Shown piece after piece: positions 41,210 to 54,026 of a stretch of DNA of 64,000 nt (within the stretch, counting starts at the first letter, position 1; each line of letters opens with the position of its first letter). The notes under the pieces were generated by a model. It saw only the letters and a list, made by a program, of their open reading frames with translations, had not been told where the DNA came from and made no database searches. Made by a program: the position numbers and the translations under genes. The stretch comes from an uncultured Planctomycetota bacterium (GTDB taxonomy: Bacteria > Planctomycetota > Planctomycetia > Pirellulales > Lacipirellulaceae): positions 1-64,000 of the forward strand of contig CAVRBU010000003.1 of assembly GCA_963719315.1 (NCBI GenBank). The letters are read 5' to 3'.

Positions 41210-42520
41210 ATGTTGAAGCCAGTCCTTCGCAGCGCTTTGTATTGTGCTGTTCTTATTCCTTCGTTCTGTGCTCCGCTTGTCGCGCGCGACTTGGTCAACG
41301 CGGCTTCGGCATATTGGCCTCAGTGGCGTGGGCCGCTGCGGGATGATATCGCCACCGACAAAGGCCTGCTTCCCGCTTGGCCTGACGATGGACCGCCGCT
41401 GGTTTGGACGGGCGCTGGCCTGGGCGATGGCTATTCGTCGGTGGTGATTGACGAGGGGCGAATTTATACTACCGGCGACCGCCAGGACGGCGAGTATCTC
41501 ATATGCCTCGAAGATGCCACCGGTAAAGAGTTGTGGTCGATGCGCATCGGCGATAAATGGGGCGACGATGGAGCGCGAAGTACACCCACCACCGACGGCA
41601 ATTCCGTGTATGCCCTCACTCCGAACGGCGACCTGGTCTGCGTTGCAGCCACTGACGGCGGCCTCACATGGCGGAAAAACCTGAGCAAGGACTTCGGCGG
41701 AAAAATGATGTCGGGCTGGGGCTATAGCGAGAGCCCGCTCCTCGACGGCGATCGGATTGTGTGCACGCCGGGCGGCGATGGAGCCGCGCTGGTGGCGCTC
41801 GATCGGAAAACGGGTGAAACGATCTGGCTGGCGAAAGTCGATAACTGCGGGGGCAGCGGGTATAGCTCGATCGTCAAATGCAAGGCCGCCGGCGTCGATC
41901 AGTATGTTACGGTTCTCGGCAAGACGGGCGGTGTTGTGGGTGTCCGAGCCTCTGACGGCAAATTGTTGTGGAGGCACGCCGGTGTTGCCGGCAAAGTTGC
42001 CAATATTCCGACGCCGATCGTCCGCGGCGACCAGGTGTTTTACACCACCGGCTATAACGATGGCGGCAGCGCGCTACTTAACATCGTTCAGCACGGCGAC
42101 GAGTTGGCCGCGGAAGAGGTCTGGCACAAGAGTGCGAACGAGCTGCGAAATCATCATGGCGGTGTCGTGCTTGTGGGCGACTACCTATACGGTGGCCACG
42201 GCCAGAACGAGGGTTTCCCGTTCTGCGTGAATTTCGAGACGGGCGAGAGCGTTTGGCCGAGGAAGCGCGGACCGGGCGAAGGCTCGGCGGCAGTGACGTA
42301 CGCGGACGGCCGATTGTACTTCCGCTACCAGAATGGCTTGATGGCGCTCATTGAGGCGAATCCCAAGGAGTGCAACGTAATCAGCACGTTCAGTATCCCC
42401 GAGGGAAGCAAGCCAAGCTGGGCCCATCCGGTGATCGCCGGCGGGCGATTGTACTTGCGCGACAAGGATCGCCTGCTGTGCTATGACCTCCGCCAAGACG
42501 GTAGCAAGGCGGTCCGGTAG
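41210..42520 (+). CDS. PQQ-binding-like beta-propeller protein (secreted)
   Basis: WPQWRGP, repeated G...W blades, SWAHPVIAGGRLYLR. Confidence 0.9.
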   Translation: MLKPVLRSALYCAVLIPSFCAPLVARDLVNAASAYWPQWRGPLRDDIATDKGLLPAWPDDGPPLVWTGAGLGDGYSSVVIDEGRIYTTGDRQDGEYLICLEDATGKELWSMRIGDKWGDDGARSTPTTDGNSVYALTPNGDLVCVAATDGGLTWRKNLSKDFGGKMMSGWGYSESPLLDGDRIVCTPGGDGAALVALDRKTGETIWLAKVDNCGGSGYSSIVKCKAAGVDQYVTVLGKTGGVVGVRASDGKLLWRHAGVAGKVANIPTPIVRGDQVFYTTGYNDGGSALLNIVQHGDELAAEEVWHKSANELRNHHGGVVLVGDYLYGGHGQNEGFPFCVNFETGESVWPRKRGPGEGSAAVTYADGRLYFRYQNGLMALIEANPKECNVISTFSIPEGSKPSWAHPVIAGGRLYLRDKDRLLCYDLRQDGSKAVR

Positions 42521-42650
42521 TGCTTTGTCAACGCTTGATATTAGGATCAGCCGCAGGGCGCTAGCCCCCGGTTGGAGCGGCACAAACCGGGGGCTAGCGC
42601 CCTGCGGCTGATGCGCCCGACCCCAATTTTTAGCTGTGACAAAGCACTAG
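42518..42650 (+). mobile_element. 133-bp MITE-like element, copy 2
   Basis: Near-identical to copy 1; begins at the TAG stop of the propeller gene. Confidence 0.85.
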
Positions 42651-42679
42651 CGCATTGCGGCTGATCTAGCGGCGCAATG

Positions 42680-42724
42680 AAAAACGCCGAGCGCTGCCGG
42701 GAATTCCCAACAACGACTCGGCGT
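42680..42724 (-). terminator. Intrinsic terminator after HU
   Basis: ACGCCGAG...CTCGGCGT stem followed by TTTTT on the minus strand. Confidence 0.65.
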
Positions 42725-42813
42725 CGCCGTCGTGTCTAAGCGCTGTGCCGGTCACGTGGCCGAGACTCTGGCGAGGCTCGGATTGGCAGTTTCGGAGAAG
42801 CTGCCCTACGCGA

Positions 42814-43140
42814 CTACGACACCATGTCTTTGAGCTTCTTCAGCGGGCGGATCTTGACGACGTTGCGGGCCGGCTTGGCCTTGAAGGTCGTCTTTTCGCC
42901 GGTGAAGGGATTAACGCCTTCGCGTTCCTTCGTGGCCGGCTTGTGCTGAACGACGATCTTGGCCAAGCCATGGATCGTGAACGTCTTGGAGCCGCCGCGG
43001 CCGCTGAGGGCCTTCTTGATTTGGTCATTTAGCGCTTCGAACACGTTGTTGACGTCGCGCTTCGACAGGCCAGTGGTCTCGGCAATGCTCGAGAAAACTT
43101 CGGTCTTTGTCGGGGGCTTGATGGTGGTGGCCTTCGCCAT
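42814..43140 (-). CDS. HU-family DNA-binding protein
   Basis: TKTEV...IAETTGLSK, REGVNPFTGE...KAKPA..VKIRP.K.LKD. Confidence 0.93.
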   Translation of the reverse strand: MAKATTIKPPTKTEVFSSIAETTGLSKRDVNNVFEALNDQIKKALSGRGGSKTFTIHGLAKIVVQHKPATKEREGVNPFTGEKTTFKAKPARNVVKIRPLKKLKDMVS

Positions 43141-43651
43141 GGAACTGAATCCTCCAGACTATTTGGGTGCAGAAAGGGACTTAAAACCGTACAACGTAAC
43201 TTTGGATGTGCGTTGTGAGCGTGCAAATTAAAGCGTGGTGGCACCTCAACACAAGTCAGAAAATGCCGGATATGCCGATAAAAATGGCCATTTTTGCCGG
43301 AGGCAGCGTGCCAGGAGCGTGGAGGAGGAGCCGATTCCCGACGTCCGGGGGCTGCCCTTAGCCCCGGCTCTCCGCTGCTGGTTCCCCGCTTTCTTGCAGC
43401 TTGATCGAATCGCCGAAGGCTGTAAGATGAAATATAGCCTTAAGTTACGTGGAACAGGGTAGGCTCGCCACGGAAGGGGTGGGCGGAACTGTTCGGGTAG
43501 GAAAGTCCTCTATACTGGTGCAAGATCAGGCAATAGCCAACCGGAATCCCCCCTGCCCCGCTGGCAAAGATTCCGGCTGCAAAACCCGCCCGCGCCGCCC
43601 GGCCTCAGCCGTAGCTGACGGTCCCGCGGCCACAGATTACGAAGGATCGCT

Positions 43652-46600
43652 ATGGAACTGCTTCACTGGTCGGCTCGAAGGAGGGGCGGAACGGTTCGGA
43701 TCTCAGCAATACTGGCCGTCGTAGCTTTTCTGTTTTTGGCGTGCGCCATCGGCATTGATCGGGCCGTCGGCCAGTTCGCGCAGCAACCGCAAATATTTAA
43801 CGGCAATGGGCGTGGCGACCCGGCACAACGAGGCGATCAAGATTCAGTTTCCGGCGTGTATTTGCCGACCGACCGAGCACTCTCCCGGGCAGTGAGTCGT
43901 GCGCGCGAACGGCTATCCGAGCATGAGTATCACGAAGCGCTGGCGTTTTTGCAAAGTATTCTGAGCCGCAATGAGGACTCATTTATCGATCGCTCCGCGG
44001 AGGACCGCGGGCAGCTCGGCCTTAAGGCGACGGCCCGCAAGATGATTGGCGAGTTGCCGCCGGAAGGACTGGATGCGTACGAGTTGCTGCAGGGTCCCAG
44101 CGCTCGGCGGCAACTGGAAGGGGCGATGAAAGAAGGCGACCGCGAGGAAGTGGCCAAGGTCGTCCGGCAATTCTTCCACACGAAGGCCGGCTACGAGGCA
44201 ACGCTCGTGCTCGCGCAAATGGAAGCCGATCAGGGTCATCGATTGGCGGCGGCGCAGTTGTTCCAGGATTTAATCGACACGCCACGGGCAGCGGCGCGGT
44301 TTGAGCCGCAATTGTCCGTGGCGGCGGCCGTCAATCAGCTCGCCGCGGGTCGGCCGGAGGATGCGACGGCAACGATCCGCTCGATCGTGGAGCGCAAACC
44401 GTCGGCCGATGTTTCTTTTTATGGCAAGAAGGCGACGCTTCCGGCAGCGGGCGCCGATCCGCTGGTATGGCTCAGCAGATTCGTGGGCAAGATTGGAGCG
44501 GCGTCGCGCGCCGACGGCAATTGGCTCACGATGCACGGCGACCCCTCGCGAAACATCGAGTCGCCGGGAGGCGAGCCGCACCTTCGGCCGCGGTGGGAGG
44601 CGCGCGTCGTCAACGACCCGACGATCGAATCGTACCTGACGGGCCGCATGAAGGATTTCCTGCAGCGGAGCGTGGTGGCCATTCCGGCGCGCGGCCGATC
44701 GCAATCGGCGATGTCGTGGTCATGCGGACCCCGGAAAATGTGGTGGCCGTCGATTGGCAAACGGGCAAGCGAATTTGGGAAACGCGCGATGAGCAGGAAC
44801 TGGAAACCGAAGACGTGCCGGCCGATCTCGCGCCTGGGATCGATCACGATCAGTTGATTGCGCAGGGCAAGCCGCTGGAAGAGCGGATGTGGGACGATGC
44901 GCTGGCAACGGCGATTTCGAGCGACGGGGCGCGCGTATTCGTGGTCCGCGGACTGCCCGCGTCGCGCGACGCGGAAACCTTCCAGTGGCAGATTAACCCA
45001 GGGTTCGGCCGGGCGGGTATCGAGTTGCCCGTCGCCACGAACCAGCTCGCCGCGTATGACCTCGCGACGCAGGGCAAACTTGCGTGGGAGTTGGACGGGG
45101 CCCGCACCGCGGGACCGCTGGCCGGCGCGTTCTTTCTCGGCCCGCCGCTGGCGATCGACAACACGCTCTATGTCATGGCGGAGATTCGCAGCGCGTTGTA
45201 CTTGTTGGCAATCGACCCGGTTAGCGGGCACGTGGAATGGCAACAGCAACTGGTGGGACTGGAACAGGGCATTATGCTGGACCCGGCTCGGCGGCGAGTG
45301 GGCGCCACGCCGTCGTACGCGGGCGGTATCCTCGTTTGCCCGACCGGGGCGAGCGCGGCGGTTGCGATCGACGTCGTCAAACGCGAATTCGCCTGGGTCT
45401 ATCGCTACGCCCGCGAGGCTCAGCCGAACGTCGATGCTCGGCAACTTTGGCAACAGAGACAAATGGTTGCACAAATGGTGCGCGCCAACGATCAGTGGCT
45501 CGATAGCTCCGCGGTAATCGCCGATAACCGCGTGCTGATCACACCGCCGGAGTCGGCCGAGATTCATTGCCTCGATTTGCACAGCGGTAAGATGGTGTGG
45601 AAGCGCCGACAGGGCGACGCGCTATTCATCGGTGGCGTGGATCGCGGCAACGTGCTGCTTGTCGGCAGCCAATCGGTTCAGGCGTTGCGACTGTCGGACG
45701 GCGGGAACGCGTGGAAACAGGAAAGTGTGTCGCTGCCGGCGGGCGCGCTGCCGGCGGGCCAGGGTTATCTCAGCGACGGTCGGTACTACCTTCCGCTCAC
45801 GTCCGGCCAAATTGCCGAAATCGAGATGGCGACCGGCGAGATCACGACCGGCGAGCCAGCGAATTCGGACGTCGTTCTCGGAAACCTCATTTGTTACCGC
45901 GGCAGCATTATCTCCCAATCGCCGCTGCTGCTTGATAAGTTCGAACAGCTTGATCTGCTGCAAAAGCGAACCGAAGCGGCGCTGGCCAAGAATCCAGACG
46001 ATACTTCCGCGCTCCGCGAACTGGCGGAAATCAAGGGCACGGCGGGCGAAAAAGCGGAAGCTGTGCAACTGCTCAAACACGCGCGCGAACTTGCGCCCGA
46101 TGACGCCCTGACCCAAGAAATGCTCGTTGAATTGCTGCTGGGGCAACTGGCGACGGATTACGCGGCCAACCGTGCGGACGTGCCGCTCGTTTCCAAGTTG
46201 ATTCACGGTCGCGACCAGCAGATCGAGCTGCTGCGGATCGAGGCTACCGGACTCGACGCACTGGATCAAAAACCGGCTGCGTGGGACGCGTATCTGCAGT
46301 TGGCGGATTTCACGGCCGAAGATCCTGCTTATCTGCGGATCGACGACCGCTACAATGTTCGCAGCGATCGCTGGATCGCCGCCCGCCTGGGCGCGATTTG
46401 GGAGCAGGCTTCCGCCGCAGATCGCAAGGAGCTGGCCGACAAAGTAGTTGCCCGATTGCCGGAACTGAAGAACCCGCGGACGGCGGGCGAGATGCGGCAT
46501 TACCTGGCCCACTTGGGTGAGTTGCCCGGGGCGAGCGGCGTGCGGCTCGCGCTGGCTCGATTCCTCGTCGACCGCGGTCGCGCGCAGGAAGCCGAGCTCG

Positions 46601-48384
46601 AATTGTTGCAGCTCCTGCACGAACCTTTGGCGAGTGAAACGCCGGCGGTCGCAGCGGACTTGTTGGCGAAGCTCGACTCAAAATCCAACACCGGCGATCG
46701 TGGAGCAGAGGTTGAGTGGCCGCGCGGGAAGGTGGAATCCGAAATAGTCTCCACCGGCATTGCCGTCCAAAACAAGGAACGCCCGCTCCGCGCACCGACC
46801 GATCCCAAAAACGCCTACAGGCAGCTTCGCATTGAACAGGATTATTGGCCGGATGGGCCCGACACGCAGTGGTTTGTTGCGATGGATGGTTCGGAGATCG
46901 TCGGCCGAAACTCGCTTGGCGAAGACATCTATCATATGACGATCGACCAAAGCAACTTACCGCGACAGTATCGCGACAGCGGGCTCGTACACGGTTCGCA
47001 ATTGGGCCACCTGTTGTACGTGACCGTGGGAGGACAGATCATGGCCCTCGACTCGCGGCAAGATTCGCCGGATGCGGATGGCGATCTACTGTGGCCAAGC
47101 CCAGCCTCTGATGGAATGTCGGCCGATGTGGGGCGATTTCGTCGCGGATTGCGTGGATTGGCCGCCGCGCAGTCGCGAACGAGCCGAGCGGTCGTTTATC
47201 ACGCCTGGTCGGGGCGGAAGCGGATCGCTGGCGCCGCCGGGAACGCGGGCGGTTCGTTGGGTCCGGTGACGCCACGCGGAGTCGTATTCCAGGATTCCGA
47301 CGAATTGAAGTGCGTCGATCCGCTGAGCGGCGCACTGCTGTGGGCGCGAAGCGACGTGCCGGCCGGATGCGAGCTGTTCGGCGATGATGAGTACGCGTTC
47401 GCAGCGGATGTCGGCAACCACGTCGCGTATGCCGTCCGCATCAGCGACGGTCAGCTCCTCGGCAAGCGCAACCTGCCGAGAAGCGAGTGGCTGCTGACGG
47501 CCGGGCGCAACATCGCCCAGTTGGCGTTCAACACCAGCGACGGCAACCGCGTCCTGCAGATCACGGTGACCGATATTTGGTCGCAAAAGACCGTGTATGA
47601 AGGGGAGTTTCCGATTACGACTCGTATCTCCGTGATGGAGCCGAATGCGATCGCCATGTTCGAGCCAGCGGGCAAATTTCGTGTGCTGGATGTCGAGACG
47701 GGCCGCCTGCTCGTCGAGCAAGAGCTCGATGCGGTGAGCGATCTACAGGCCATTCAAACTCTGCGGTCGGGCGATGAGATATTTCTGTATATCACGAGCC
47801 AGTTGCAGCCGCAGTACAAACCGATCGGGCTGCCGTCCGAATACCCGCTCATCAACGGTCCGGTGTATGCGTTCAGCCTGAAGACGGGCGAGCCGCTGTG
47901 GCCGGGGCCGGCCCTGGTGCGGAATCGGGGCGCCGTGTTGCAGCAGCCGCGCAACATTCCGTTGCTGGTGTTCGCCGATCGCCAAATGCCGCGCGACAGC
48001 ACGAACGGCGCGATCCCGAAGCTCCGCGTGCTTTGCCTCGACAAACGGACGGGCCAAACCGTGTATCGCAACGACTCCTTGCCGGAGACTTCCGTGGTCC
48101 GATTCCGGGTGCGTGGCGAAACGGATTCGCGCCCGGCCGTTGCCGTGGAATTCGGCGCCGGTAGGATTCTGTTGACGATGACCGATAACCCGCGTTCTCC
48201 GCAGCCACCGGCGAACGACGACCTGGAAGCGCCGCGAGAGATGGTCGAGCGGGGCCTACGCAACCTGGGTCAGCGGATGGGTAGCGCGCTGCGCGGGGCC
48301 CTGGACAGGCCGGTGCCCGTCCAACGGCAACCGCAGCCGCAACAGCCGCCGCCCAAACTCCAGCCCCAGCCTCCAAACAAGTAG
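43652..48384 (+). CDS. Large PQQ-propeller/TPR protein (frameshift at ~44690)
   Basis: Signal-like N-terminus, TPR-like helices, many propeller blades; ORFs 43652-44857 and 44467-48384 join. Confidence 0.8.
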
Positions 48385-48438
48385 CCGGCACAAAAAAACG
48401 TACCGGATACGGATGACGATTGACTTGCGAGGATCACT

Positions 48439-49488
48439 ATGAGCCACTACTTTGCTCGCCAATGGATTGTGTTGTTCTGCGCGTTCGCGTTGGCGCCAGC
48501 GTACACTTCGCGGGCAGGGGTTGACGATCCGCGGACGCGAAAGGTCATCCGTGAAGGCCTCGACTATCTTGCGTACAACCAACACAAGCTCGGCCATTGG
48601 ACGGCCCAGGGCCGCTATCCCACGGCCATGACCGCCTTGGCCGGCATGGCGTTTCTCAGCGAAGGCTCGACCACGACCCAAGGCAAATATGCGGATAATA
48701 TTCGCCGGGCGGTTGAGTATATACTTCGCCAAAGCCGGCCGAACGGCCTCATTGGCGATCCGGTCCGGGACGATCGCTACACCTACGGCCATGGTTTTTC
48801 GATGTTGTTTCTTTCGCAGGTGCTGGGGGATGAAGAGGATGAGGATCGGCGGACGGAGCTAGTCGATGTGCTGACGCGGGCCGTGCAATTCACCGGCCAG
48901 GCCCAAACGCAGGCCGGCGGCTGGGGGTATGTGAGCGCCAAAGACGGCGGTGGCTTCGACGAAGGTTCGACGACCATCACTCAGGTTCAAGGGCTTCGCG
49001 GTTGCCGCAATGCGGGCATACCAGTCCCCAAGGAGATCATCGACAAAGCCGTACAGTACATTAAGGATTGCACGTTGCCCGAAGGCGGAGTGCAATACAG
49101 TTCGAAGGGTGGCGGCGGCCGGCCGGCGATCACCGCGGCGGCGATCGCCTGCCTGTTCAACGCCGGGCAGTACGACGACGATCTCGTGCCGAGGATGATG
49201 AAATACTGCGAGCAGAACCTTAGCTCGGATAGTCGCAGCAGTTATGGACATTGGCACTACGCCCACTTTTATTATTCCCAGGTGCAATACCGCGAAGGGG
49301 GCGAGCGGTGGGAGCGCTACCGCAACGAAATTCAGGCCAAGCTGCTCCGCGAAGCAACCGAGGTGAAACTCGGCGATAAGACGGGCGTCGAATGGACGCA
49401 AGGCTACGTAGGCCCGATTTACACGACCGCCCTCAATCTCATTATCCTGCAACTGGACAATGCCTGTCTGCCAATTTACCAAAAGTGA
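48439..49488 (+). CDS. Prenyltransferase/squalene-cyclase-repeat protein
   Basis: GLDYLA..Q...G.W, YGHGF, Q..AGGWGY, HYAHFYY. Confidence 0.88.
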   Translation: MSHYFARQWIVLFCAFALAPAYTSRAGVDDPRTRKVIREGLDYLAYNQHKLGHWTAQGRYPTAMTALAGMAFLSEGSTTTQGKYADNIRRAVEYILRQSRPNGLIGDPVRDDRYTYGHGFSMLFLSQVLGDEEDEDRRTELVDVLTRAVQFTGQAQTQAGGWGYVSAKDGGGFDEGSTTITQVQGLRGCRNAGIPVPKEIIDKAVQYIKDCTLPEGGVQYSSKGGGGRPAITAAAIACLFNAGQYDDDLVPRMMKYCEQNLSSDSRSSYGHWHYAHFYYSQVQYREGGERWERYRNEIQAKLLREATEVKLGDKTGVEWTQGYVGPIYTTALNLIILQLDNACLPIYQK

Positions 49489-49722
49489 TTCGCGGTTTTT
49501 GAATCACGAATAAGAAATCTGGTGCAGAGGCGCAAAGGCCGCGGAGAGCAGGAGATGAACCACAACGGCGCGGCGAGCACAACGAGAACATCAACCCTTC
49601 CAACGCAATCACAATCTTCATCGTTTACGTCGTTCCGTCGCGATCAAGAAACCACCGCGTTCCCGCACCTCTGCTTGAGAACCTCCAAGAACAAACATCG
49701 TCAACTCGACTGAGAACTCTAC

Positions 49723-50763
<1,041 letters not shown>

Positions 50764-51637
50764 GGTGATCAAGCGGATCGGTCGCCTCGAGATTCGCGCT
50801 CGCCACATCGTCGAAGGGCTGCTCAGCGGCATGCATCGCAGTCCGTACTTTGGGCAGAGCGTGGAGTTCCTGCAACACCGCGAATATGCGTCGGGCGACG
50901 ATCTGCGCCGCGTCGATTGGAAGGTCTGGGCCAAGCAAGACCGGCTCTACGTCAAACAATTCGAGGAAGACACGAACCTGCGCTGCTGCCTGTTGGTCGA
51001 TACGTCGGCCAGCATGGAGTATGGCTCGGGCGCGCTCACGAAATGCGATTACGCGATCACGGCTGCCGCGGCACTCGCGTATTTGCTGCTGCGGCAGCAG
51101 GATTCAGTCGGCTGCGCCGTATTCGATGAAGCAATCCGGCAAGCGATCCCGCTCCGCACGAGCACGAGCCATCTGACGACGATCGTTGGCGCGCTAGAAC
51201 AACGCGAGCCGCGCGACAAGACGGGGCTATACGATGTGCTGGCACGGGTTGCCGAAACGTACCCGCGGCGCGGCATGATGGTGCTCATTTCGGACTTGTT
51301 CGTCGATCCGGCCGACATCCAGCGCGGCCTGCGGCTATTGCGGCAGCGCGGCCACGACGTGCTCGTGTTGCACGTGCTCGACGACGATGAACTGGACTTT
51401 CCATTCGCCCGCCCTGCCCGCTTCGAGGGTCTGGAAACCGCCGATCAACTCACCTGCAACCCGCGCGCGTTGCGCGAAGGCTACCTGACCGCTCTCGAGA
51501 CGTTCCTCTCCACGGTGCGGCACAACTGCGCGAGACAACGTCGATTACACCTTGATCCGCACGAGTATGCCGCTCGACGCGGCGCTGACCGCGTTTTTAC
51601 GGCACAGACTCCGCGAGCGACAACGATGATTTTGCAA

Positions 51638-51706
51638 AGGTGTCAGGTGTCGGGTGTCAGGTGTCAGTTTTTCTTTCTGACACCCGACACCCGACACCCG
51701 ACACCT
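51638..51706. repeat. Heptamer inverted-repeat hairpin
   Basis: (RGGTGTC)x4 followed by (YGACACC)x4. Confidence 0.9.
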
Positions 51707-51740
51707 ATCTTCCCCCGACACTTGACCCCCGAAACTTAAC

Positions 51741-54026
51741 TTGTCCTTCCTATTTCCCACCCTCCTGACGATCGGTCTGCCGCTTGTAGCCGTGCCCATT
51801 TTGATCCATTTGATCAATTTGCGGCGGCAGCAGCGGATCAAATGGGCGGCGATGCAGTTTCTGCTGGAGAGCCAGCGTCGCAATCGGCGGTGGATTTTAC
51901 TTAAGCAACTTCTACTGTTAGCGACTCGGATGGGCGTGATCGCCCTGCTGGTTTTAATGCTGGCCCATCTCGTGCTCCGGAACGAGTGGCTGAGCCTGCT
52001 TGGCCGTGGTACGACGCATCACGTCGTGCTGCTCGACGACAGTTACTCGATGAGCGATCGTTGGAACGAGACCACGGCGCTCAACGAAGGGAAGCGGGCC
52101 GTGCAGGCGATCGTCGACCAGGCGTCTCAGCAATCGGATACCCAATTGGTCACGCTGCTGCGATTTTCGGAGGCCGCGCGGCTGTCGGCCGGTGCGCAGC
52201 CCAAGGTTTTCGCCGAGCGAATCAACGATTCCTTCCGCAGCCGGCTGGAGTCGCTGCTGGCAGGTTGGGAATCGTCGCAAACGGATGTCGGTCCGGCCGA
52301 CGCCCTCAAGGCGTTGCCTCGTCTGCCGCTGGCGGAGAACGACCAAACGCTGATCGTCTATCTGGTGAGCGATTATCGAGCTCGCCAGTTCACGAGCGCG
52401 ACCGAAATCCGCAAGCTGCTGGCGGACCTCAAGGAGAAAGAGCACGTTTCGCAGATTCATCTCGTGCGATGCGTGCGCGAAGCGCGGCCAAACCTGGCGA
52501 TCAAGTCGCTGGCGCCGGTGTCGGGCGTTCGCGCGGCGGGCGTCGAGATGTGGATGAGCGTCACGGTCGCCAACTACGGCGACGCCCCGGCACGAGGCAT
52601 CACGGTGCAACTTGAGCAGGACGGCGACGCGCTGCCGGCACTGGTGCTCGACGACATTCCACCGCGCGATGAAATCACGCACAAGTTTCGCGTGCAGTTC
52701 GCCGGAACGGGGGCGCATTGGTTGGCCGCCTCGCTGCCGGCGGATGCGGTAAGCGTGGATAATCACCGCTATTTCGCCTGCGATTTGCCGGCGGCCCGGC
52801 CGGTGCTGATCGTCGATGGCTCGTCGGATGGCCGCGGCGGCCATCAGCTTTCGCTGGCGCTCGCGCCCGGCGGCAACACCCGCACCGGTTGGCAACCGCA
52901 CGTCGAGCCGGCCAAGTTCTTGTCGGATGTCGACAAGCTTTACCAGCAGGCGGCGGTGTGCCTGCTCGATGTGCCGCACCTGGCGGAAGACGAGCTCAAC
53001 GCTTTGGAAGCCTACGTTCGCGGCGGCGGCGGCGTGGCGTTTTTTGTCGGCCCAAACACCGACCGTGGTTTTTACAACGAGCGATTGTACAAAGACAATA
53101 AGGGACTTTTTCCCGCCCCGCTCAAGCTGCCGACGCAACTGCTCGATCGCGAAGGCGAGGCCACGCCGGATGTGGAAGTCACCGAGCATCCTTTGTTTCA
53201 AGTGCTCGCGGGTCGTCGCAATGGTTTCTTGCAGCTACTGATGGTTGACTACTTCTATGCGCTGCAAGCCGACTGGCAACCGCCGGCCGATGGCAGCACG
53301 CACGTCATTGCCCGCTTGCGAAACAACGCGCCGCTCGTGGTCGAAAAGAAATTCGGCAAGGGTCACGTGGTGGCTCAGTTGACCAAACTTTCATCGGGTA
53401 ATACGCCACTGGGACGGTGGACGAACTGGAGCCTGAACCCCGTGTTTCCGGTGCTCGCGAACGAGCTAGTGAGCTATCTCGCCGTTTCGCACGACGCCGA
53501 TCCGATGCTCAACATCGGGGACGATCTGGTGGTTTCCGCGGAAGAAGGCAAATACGAATCCCGTTTTCGGTTCGTGCTGCCCGGCGGAAGCGGTTCCGGC
53601 GAGACCGCTTCAGCGGGCGGGAAAATCGGCGCTCCTATCTCGTCTCGCCCCGAAATCACGGTCGAAGCTACCTCCGCCAACCATGAGCTAACGGCGAAGC
53701 TCGAAAATGTATCCGAAAGCGGCATTTACGAAGCCCAACTCCAACCGCTCAATGGCACGCTGGAGCGCCGCGATTTCGCCGTGAACGTTCCGGATGGAGA
53801 GGGAGATTTAGCCATTACTCCGAGTTCCGATCTTACGCGGCAACTCGCGGGAATCGACTATCAAATGCACGATGCGGCCGATATGGCCCTCGATTCGCAA
53901 CAATTGGCCGGCTTCCAAATGGGAGACGCCTTGCTCGGCTCGCTCATTGTGTTGCTGCTGGTCGAACAATTGTTGGCATACCTCGCAAGTTATCACATCC
54001 AATCACTGCGAGGAGGCAACAGATGA
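51741..54026 (+). CDS. BatA-domain/VWA protein
   Basis: PILIHL...WAAMQFL (BatA), DDSYSM MIDAS motif, C-terminal TM helix. Confidence 0.9.
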   Translation: MSFLFPTLLTIGLPLVAVPILIHLINLRRQQRIKWAAMQFLLESQRRNRRWILLKQLLLLATRMGVIALLVLMLAHLVLRNEWLSLLGRGTTHHVVLLDDSYSMSDRWNETTALNEGKRAVQAIVDQASQQSDTQLVTLLRFSEAARLSAGAQPKVFAERINDSFRSRLESLLAGWESSQTDVGPADALKALPRLPLAENDQTLIVYLVSDYRARQFTSATEIRKLLADLKEKEHVSQIHLVRCVREARPNLAIKSLAPVSGVRAAGVEMWMSVTVANYGDAPARGITVQLEQDGDALPALVLDDIPPRDEITHKFRVQFAGTGAHWLAASLPADAVSVDNHRYFACDLPAARPVLIVDGSSDGRGGHQLSLALAPGGNTRTGWQPHVEPAKFLSDVDKLYQQAAVCLLDVPHLAEDELNALEAYVRGGGGVAFFVGPNTDRGFYNERLYKDNKGLFPAPLKLPTQLLDREGEATPDVEVTEHPLFQVLAGRRNGFLQLLMVDYFYALQADWQPPADGSTHVIARLRNNAPLVVEKKFGKGHVVAQLTKLSSGNTPLGRWTNWSLNPVFPVLANELVSYLAVSHDADPMLNIGDDLVVSAEEGKYESRFRFVLPGGSGSGETASAGGKIGAPISSRPEITVEATSANHELTAKLENVSESGIYEAQLQPLNGTLERRDFAVNVPDGEGDLAITPSSDLTRQLAGIDYQMHDAADMALDSQQLAGFQMGDALLGSLIVLLLVEQLLAYLASYHIQSLRGGNR

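Noticed and set aside
51638..51706. CRISPR-like or other spacer array
   Set aside because: Only 7-bp tandem units without spacers; no CRISPR array or cas gene was seen in the window.
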